Of a stretch of DNA of 48,613 bases, positions 45,144 to 48,613 are shown in pieces. The position numbers were made by a program, and so were the translations under genes. Source of the stretch: Escherichia phage haarsle. Below the pieces are notes generated by a model, which made no database searches, was not told the origin of the DNA, and saw only the letters and a program-made list of their open reading frames with translations. The stretch lies in the sequence record NC_049828.1; one strand, written 5' to 3'. Numbering within the stretch: position 1 is the first letter of the stretch; each line of letters opens with the position of its first letter.

Positions 45144-45187
45144 ATTATGCCAGGCTTTTACACCTGGCTTTTAACAAAAAGTGCTAT
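45144..45187 (-). promoter_or_regulatory. Promoter-like module M6 (dyad GCCAGGTGTAAAAGCCTGGC, CATAAT)
   Basis: 20-mer at 45168-45187 overlapping the TAG stop of the cytosine methyltransferase gene; dyad nearly identical to that of P1 and holds two CCWGG sites. Confidence 0.6.
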
Positions 45188-45894
45188 TTTGCGTTAGCTT
45201 CAAAGATTGCGCGAGCAAAACCGCGCGGTGTTAGGGAGCGGATCATCTTTGTACGAGATGATTTTCCGCCAGTTTTGGCCCAGCCAGGATTATCCTTGTC
45301 GTCCTCTTTCGGTAGGATCGTTGCGCGCGGAGGAATAACAAATCCGTTACCAGTCCAAAGGCATGTTTTCTTAAAGTACCGATCCCGCGCCGGAATAATA
45401 TCAGGGAAGTCGGGATGTTTATCATCTTCCGGCAGATAGCCAGCGTAATCGCACGGATGGAACGTATAATCAGGCTTACGCCATAACGTTGACAGCTTGC
45501 CTACAGGATTCTCTATCATGTAAGGAACACCGAAATAATCAGCGATATGCGCGGCTATTTTGCAAGTGTCGGCGGCCTCATTTTGGAAGTTAGGATTTTC
45601 CATGCGCTTTTTAGCCCAATGGCGAGATCCGCTGTTTGCTAATTGTGTGCAAGGTGGGAAGGCCATAATGAAATCAGGCTTACCCCAATTTTCAAGTTTT
45701 GCGGTATATTTGAATAGATCATCAATCCACACATTAACGTAAAAAATGTTATCATGGATTATGCGCACTGATTGGTAATCGCCGTGATCGGCATCATCGT
45801 AATTAAAGCAAATGCATTTATAACCAGCATCAGCCCAATCTTTAACAGCCTTACCAGATCCATCAAACAAAGAGAAAATTAAACCTTTATACAT
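45184..45894 (-). CDS. DNA (cytosine-5)-methyltransferase (236 aa)
   Basis: Motif I FDGSG, motif IV PPCTQ (Pro-Cys), motif VI ENV (MIENPVG). Confidence 0.7.
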   Translation of the reverse strand: MYKGLIFSLFDGSGKAVKDWADAGYKCICFNYDDADHGDYQSVRIIHDNIFYVNVWIDDLFKYTAKLENWGKPDFIMAFPPCTQLANSGSRHWAKKRMENPNFQNEAADTCKIAAHIADYFGVPYMIENPVGKLSTLWRKPDYTFHPCDYAGYLPEDDKHPDFPDIIPARDRYFKKTCLWTGNGFVIPPRATILPKEDDKDNPGWAKTGGKSSRTKMIRSLTPRGFARAIFEANAK

Positions 45895-45903
45895 TTCATC
45901 ACC

Positions 45904-46128
45904 TCAAAACGGAAAGCATCGCGGGCAGTTAGGATCAAAATTGCAGCCGCAATCATTGACAATCATAGTTGGATCTGCAAATGCAGCGCCGCATTCATGA
46001 TCCATATCCATTTCACCAAGCGCATCATCAAGCGTCCTGATCTTATATGCAACTTCAAGCGCTGCCTCTTTATTTAATCCGGCATCTTCAGCCATTTGCA
46101 GGCGCTCAAAAAATCCGTCCTGACTCAT
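45904..46128 (-). CDS. hypothetical protein with C-terminal Cys cluster CGCNFDPNCPRC (74 aa)
   Basis: RBS AAGGAGA; coupled to the upstream small ORF. Confidence 0.5.
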   Translation of the reverse strand: MSQDGFFERLQMAEDAGLNKEAALEVAYKIRTLDDALGEMDMDHECGAAFADPTMIVNDCGCNFDPNCPRCFPF

Positions 46129-46238
46129 TTCATAATCTCCTTTATAGCAACCAAAATAATAGCAAGACCAGCAGTGACAACAAAAAGACCAGCAAGGCCA
46201 ATCATCACTCCAAATAAAATATCAAGAAATTTCATCAT
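46125..46238 (-). CDS. small membrane protein (37 aa, single TM)
   Basis: RBS AAAGGTGA; hydrophobic MMKFLDILFGVMIGLAGLFVVTAGLAIILVAIKEIMK; ATGA overlap with the next gene. Confidence 0.35.
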   Translation of the reverse strand: MMKFLDILFGVMIGLAGLFVVTAGLAIILVAIKEIMK

Positions 46239-46246
46239 TATTATCA

Positions 46247-46285
46247 CCTTTATTTAAAGGGAGGCGAAAACCTCCCGTTTATTAA
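46247..46285 (-). terminator. Terminator-like hairpin (GGGAGG..CCTCCC)
   Basis: Stem-loop with a weak T-tract on the minus strand. Confidence 0.45.
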
Positions 46286-46513
46286 TTAGACAGCCTTCCA
46301 GCTTTCAATGAACATGCTGTTTTCTTCCAGCAGTTTAATCAATTCTTCGCGTGTATATTTGCGGATTTTACTACCAGGATGCGAGCCAACAACAAACACG
46401 CCTTTACCGCCTGTGATTGTTAACTGGTTGATTCCGCAAGATTTATCCATTTTCACAGCGACGCGGTGATGTGCATCAACAGTGTGCATGATGTTAGTTA
46501 CTTTAGCTTTCAT
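46286..46513 (-). CDS. hypothetical protein (75 aa)
   Basis: ORF with RBS GAGGA. Confidence 0.5.
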   Translation of the reverse strand: MKAKVTNIMHTVDAHHRVAVKMDKSCGINQLTITGGKGVFVVGSHPGSKIRKYTREELIKLLEENSMFIESWKAV

Positions 46514-46621
46514 TTAAATATCCTCAATTGAAATATGAATGACGTGGCGCTCTTTTTCCGTCGCCGCCGTAATGGTCATTTGCAACCGCTACCATCCAGG
46601 CATTTTTGAAAATAAATAGCC

Positions 46622-46834
46622 TCATTTCTTATTTTTCATCTTAAATTTATGGCCTGGAACACCAGCGCCAATATAGCCATCGTTGTATTCCATTAAATAA
46701 AGGTGAAGACCATTATCTGAAATTATATGAGGATCTTCTTTGAGATTTCCCATTAGTGGATATTCTTTTTCGCGCGTGAATCTCCAAGCTGAGTTATAAG
46801 TTTCTACGCATTTAAGTTTTAATTGCTTTGCCAT
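46622..46834 (-). CDS. hypothetical protein (70 aa)
   Basis: RBS GGAGG; TAATG overlap with the upstream gene. Confidence 0.5.
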   Translation of the reverse strand: MAKQLKLKCVETYNSAWRFTREKEYPLMGNLKEDPHIISDNGLHLYLMEYNDGYIGAGVPGHKFKMKNKK

Positions 46835-47031
46835 TAGATGACCTCCATGTATGTTTCAAAGCCATTTAACTTGAACATGCCGTTTTCACATTTGTGCACG
46901 TTCCAAGTTAGTCCTGAGTGGTACGCAACAATATCCTCAAGATCAATGGTGATGATAGCGCCTTTCTTAAAGATTCCTTTCTCGTGAGTGGTGTCACGCT
47001 GTACAACTTTAACATCAACCTGTGTTTCCAT
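46834..47031 (-). CDS. hypothetical protein (65 aa)
   Basis: Conserved leader and RBS GAGGATTTAAAA. Confidence 0.5.
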   Translation of the reverse strand: METQVDVKVVQRDTTHEKGIFKKGAIITIDLEDIVAYHSGLTWNVHKCENGMFKLNGFETYMEVI

Positions 47032-47062
47032 TTTTAAATCCTCGTTCGTTGTCGATGCGCTT

Positions 47063-47106
47063 AATATACCAATCAGAGGCGCATCGGTTTTAACAAAAAG
47101 TGCTAT
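47063..47106 (-). promoter_or_regulatory. Promoter-like module M7 (TATATT)
   Basis: 20-mer at 47087-47106 overlapping the TAG stop; 22-bp spacer with dyad CGATGCGC..GCGCATCG. Confidence 0.6.
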
Positions 47107-47393
47107 TCAACAACAGATCCAGTTAAAGAGATAAGCTGTCTTGTGATCTTGTGTCTGCGATACTGACGCGCAACAACCGGAAGATTTTCACCGCTCTGAT
47201 GACCGAAGCAGATCGGCAACTCATCCTCAAGAGAGCGGAAGCCGCCAAATTCAAGATCCCGCACTGGCCTTGATCGCCACGCTTCAATAAATCCGCGTTC
47301 GTCACGCGTGATATAGCGGTATATGTTCGGGAGGGGCAATTGTATCCCCTCAAAATCCACGGTATCGGTATAGCTGTAAAACTTAGAACTCAT
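47103..47393 (-). CDS. hypothetical protein (96 aa)
   Basis: Start at MSSKFY with RBS GGAG; the ORF track start at 47453 overlaps the upstream gene. Confidence 0.5.
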   Translation of the reverse strand: MSSKFYSYTDTVDFEGIQLPLPNIYRYITRDERGFIEAWRSRPVRDLEFGGFRSLEDELPICFGHQSGENLPVVARQYRRHKITRQLISLTGSVVE

Positions 47394-47535
47394 AATCAAC
47401 AACTCCAAATTCGTTAACAATTTGCGCCTTATAGAAGCCGCCATTTTTCGCAAGGTTGTAGCAGGCCGCTACAGTTTCAAATTCGCGCACTTCCGGCTGG
47501 CTGTTTTCGTGTTCCCAGGTAATCAGAGTAACCAT
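47383..47535 (-). CDS. small hypothetical protein (50 aa)
   Basis: Conserved leader and RBS GAGGATTTGAAA before the ATG; not in the ORF track because under 60 aa. Confidence 0.45.
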   Translation of the reverse strand: MVTLITWEHENSQPEVREFETVAACYNLAKNGGFYKAQIVNEFGVVDYEF

Positions 47536-47568
47536 TTTCAAATCCTCGCATTCGTTGTCGATGTGTGT

Positions 47569-47612
47569 AATGTACAGGAATACGAGGATTCAGTTTTAAC
47601 AAAAAGTGCTAT
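47569..47612 (-). promoter_or_regulatory. Promoter-like module M8 (TACATT)
   Basis: 20-mer at 47593-47612 abutting the TAA stop at 47613-47615; 22-bp spacer. Confidence 0.6.
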
Positions 47613-47879
47613 TTAGTCCAAGAGTTCGATTTCGCGCTCGCCAGTTAACGGATCTACAAGCCAGAATCCGAGCGCCTCGCCGTAAACACCGCCATAGAAT
47701 CCAAGCGCCGCCAGATCTTCACCTTTAACGAATACCAGATCCCCGCTACTGCTTACGTGAGACACGTTAACGATAACAGGAAAGGTGCGATCCTTAAATG
47801 CAGGCCGCAGGGCGTATCATCCGTTGTTGAGCAAACGGGCTTTGCGTTTCACTGGAATGGGTGCATTGATTCGCGCCAT
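47613..47879 (-). pseudogene. Gene interrupted by an in-frame TGA at codon 21 (47817-47819); uninterrupted product would be 88 aa
   Basis: Strong RBS AAGGAGAAATAAAA + ATG; same frame open before and after the TGA; gene ends at a canonical module junction. Confidence 0.5.
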
Positions 47880-47892
47880 TTTTATTTCTCCT

Positions 47893-48138
47893 TCATTGTT
47901 GATCGTGTTTAACTACCATCATAACATCACAGGACTCGTTAATGAATTTAGCCATACGTTTATCATCACCAGCAGGGATTAGCGCGTTAAACTCGCGCTT
48001 GCTACTGAATACCGTAACTTTATGAAACGATGCGAACGGCATCGACGGGAACTCGACTGTTTGCTTCAAGATCCGCAACCCCATCTTTTTGGCCCTTACC
48101 TGGGCCTCTGCAAGTTCAAAATCCATCTCATTAATCAT
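47893..48138 (-). CDS. hypothetical protein (81 aa)
   Basis: RBS GAGGAG; ATGA overlap with the upstream gene. Confidence 0.5.
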   Translation of the reverse strand: MINEMDFELAEAQVRAKKMGLRILKQTVEFPSMPFASFHKVTVFSSKREFNALIPAGDDKRMAKFINESCDVMMVVKHDQQ

Positions 48139-48407
48139 TTCTTGATCTCCTCAGCAATAAACTTCAATACCTGGCGCAAAAACACTTCGTTGTTGATGGT
48201 CGCTGGCAATTCTTCTTTCACTTCTTGCGGCAGATAGATATTGCCGTGCCAGGTCAAGCAATCGTAGTTGATACGATAAGAGCAGAGCCACTCGCAATCG
48301 TTATCTGCTTCCCAAATGCAGAGTTGCAGAACATCGCCAAAATCTTCAACAGTCAGATCCAGACCGTGACGCTTAGCGAAGTTGAAAGTGGTTTTACTGA
48401 TGTTCAT
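48135..48407 (-). CDS. hypothetical protein (90 aa)
   Basis: RBS CAGGAGA; first gene after module M9. Confidence 0.55.
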   Translation of the reverse strand: MNISKTTFNFAKRHGLDLTVEDFGDVLQLCIWEADNDCEWLCSYRINYDCLTWHGNIYLPQEVKEELPATINNEVFLRQVLKFIAEEIKK

Positions 48408-48442
48408 TTGCTATCTCCTGAGAGGTTCGTTTCGATGTGTGT

Positions 48443-48486
48443 AATGTACCCGATCAGGCGGATTCAGTTTTAACAAAAAGTGCTAT
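48443..48486 (-). promoter_or_regulatory. Promoter-like module M9 (TACATT; spacer contains GATC)
   Basis: 20-mer at 48467-48486; 22-bp spacer; leader CATCGAAACGAA. Confidence 0.6.
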
Positions 48487-48494
48487 TTCTCAAC

Positions 48495-48613
48495 TGGCGA
48501 TTATTCCATCTATTCCATTAATCAGGAATAACAGGAATAACTCATTCGAGATCACCTGGATTGTGAGATCTTGAGTTTGATCAATTTTAATCAGTTGATT
48601 AACTTTTTGTGTG
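48495..48613. repeat. Right-end repeat region: 2 TATTCCAT, 2 AGGAATAAC (9-bp phasing, mutually inverted), 3 GATC sites within 33 bp, palindrome TTGATCAA
   Basis: Read from the sequence; non-coding. Confidence 0.5.

Noticed and set aside
1-48613. Temperate lifestyle elements (integrase, CI/Cro switch, attP) and tRNA genes
   Set aside because: No recombinase-like ORF and no tRNA-like structure were recognised by eye; the HTH proteins sit within replication and regulatory contexts. Absence is not proven without profile searches.

Overview
The window reads as a near-complete genome of a virulent, T1-like siphovirus of enterobacteria (inference from gene content and order; no database search was possible). 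I found no integrase, repressor, tRNA or CRISPR array. Layout: (1) 1-470, non-coding left end with phased TGTTAT/ATAACA iterons, AT-rich and TG-rich tracts and a consensus sigma70 promoter; (2) 469-6050, about 20 small rightward early genes; (3) 6128-25592, rightward structural module: small and large terminase, portal, MuF-like head protein, protease/scaffold, two paralogous decoration-like proteins, major capsid, head-tail joining proteins, major tail, G/GT chaperone with -1 frameshift, tape measure and lambda-like M-L-K-I-J tail tip genes; (4) 25620-26789, leftward three-gene cassette headed by a lipoprotein (Cor-like candidate); (5) 26858-27255, second iteron/TG-rich control region; (6) 27285-29893, rightward recombination module (PD-(D/E)xK exonuclease, ERF-type annealing protein, SSB); (7) 29908-35522, leftward block with a tail fibre carrying a C-terminal intramolecular chaperone domain, a Gly-rich/Cys-cluster protein, primase and an HTH protein; (8) 35612-42032, rightward helicase, VRR-NUC nuclease, Dam-type methyltransferase, HTH-metallophosphoesterase fusion and a lysis cassette (holin, P21-R-like SAR endolysin, unimolecular spanin); (9) 42046-48407, leftward block of 17 mostly small genes including a C5-cytosine methyltransferase and a 527-aa P-loop protein. 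The most striking feature is a roughly 75-bp promoter-like module, copied at least 17 times (8 forward, 9 reverse) at gene junctions: conserved 20-mer ATAGCACTTTTTGTTAAAAC, a 22-bp variable and often dyad-symmetric spacer, a -10-like hexamer and a conserved CATCGAAACGA leader box. Other points of interest are an in-frame TGA interrupting an otherwise well-formed gene, two reverse-oriented module copies inside the structural operon, and GATC/CCWGG-rich elements that may connect to the two phage-encoded methyltransferases.
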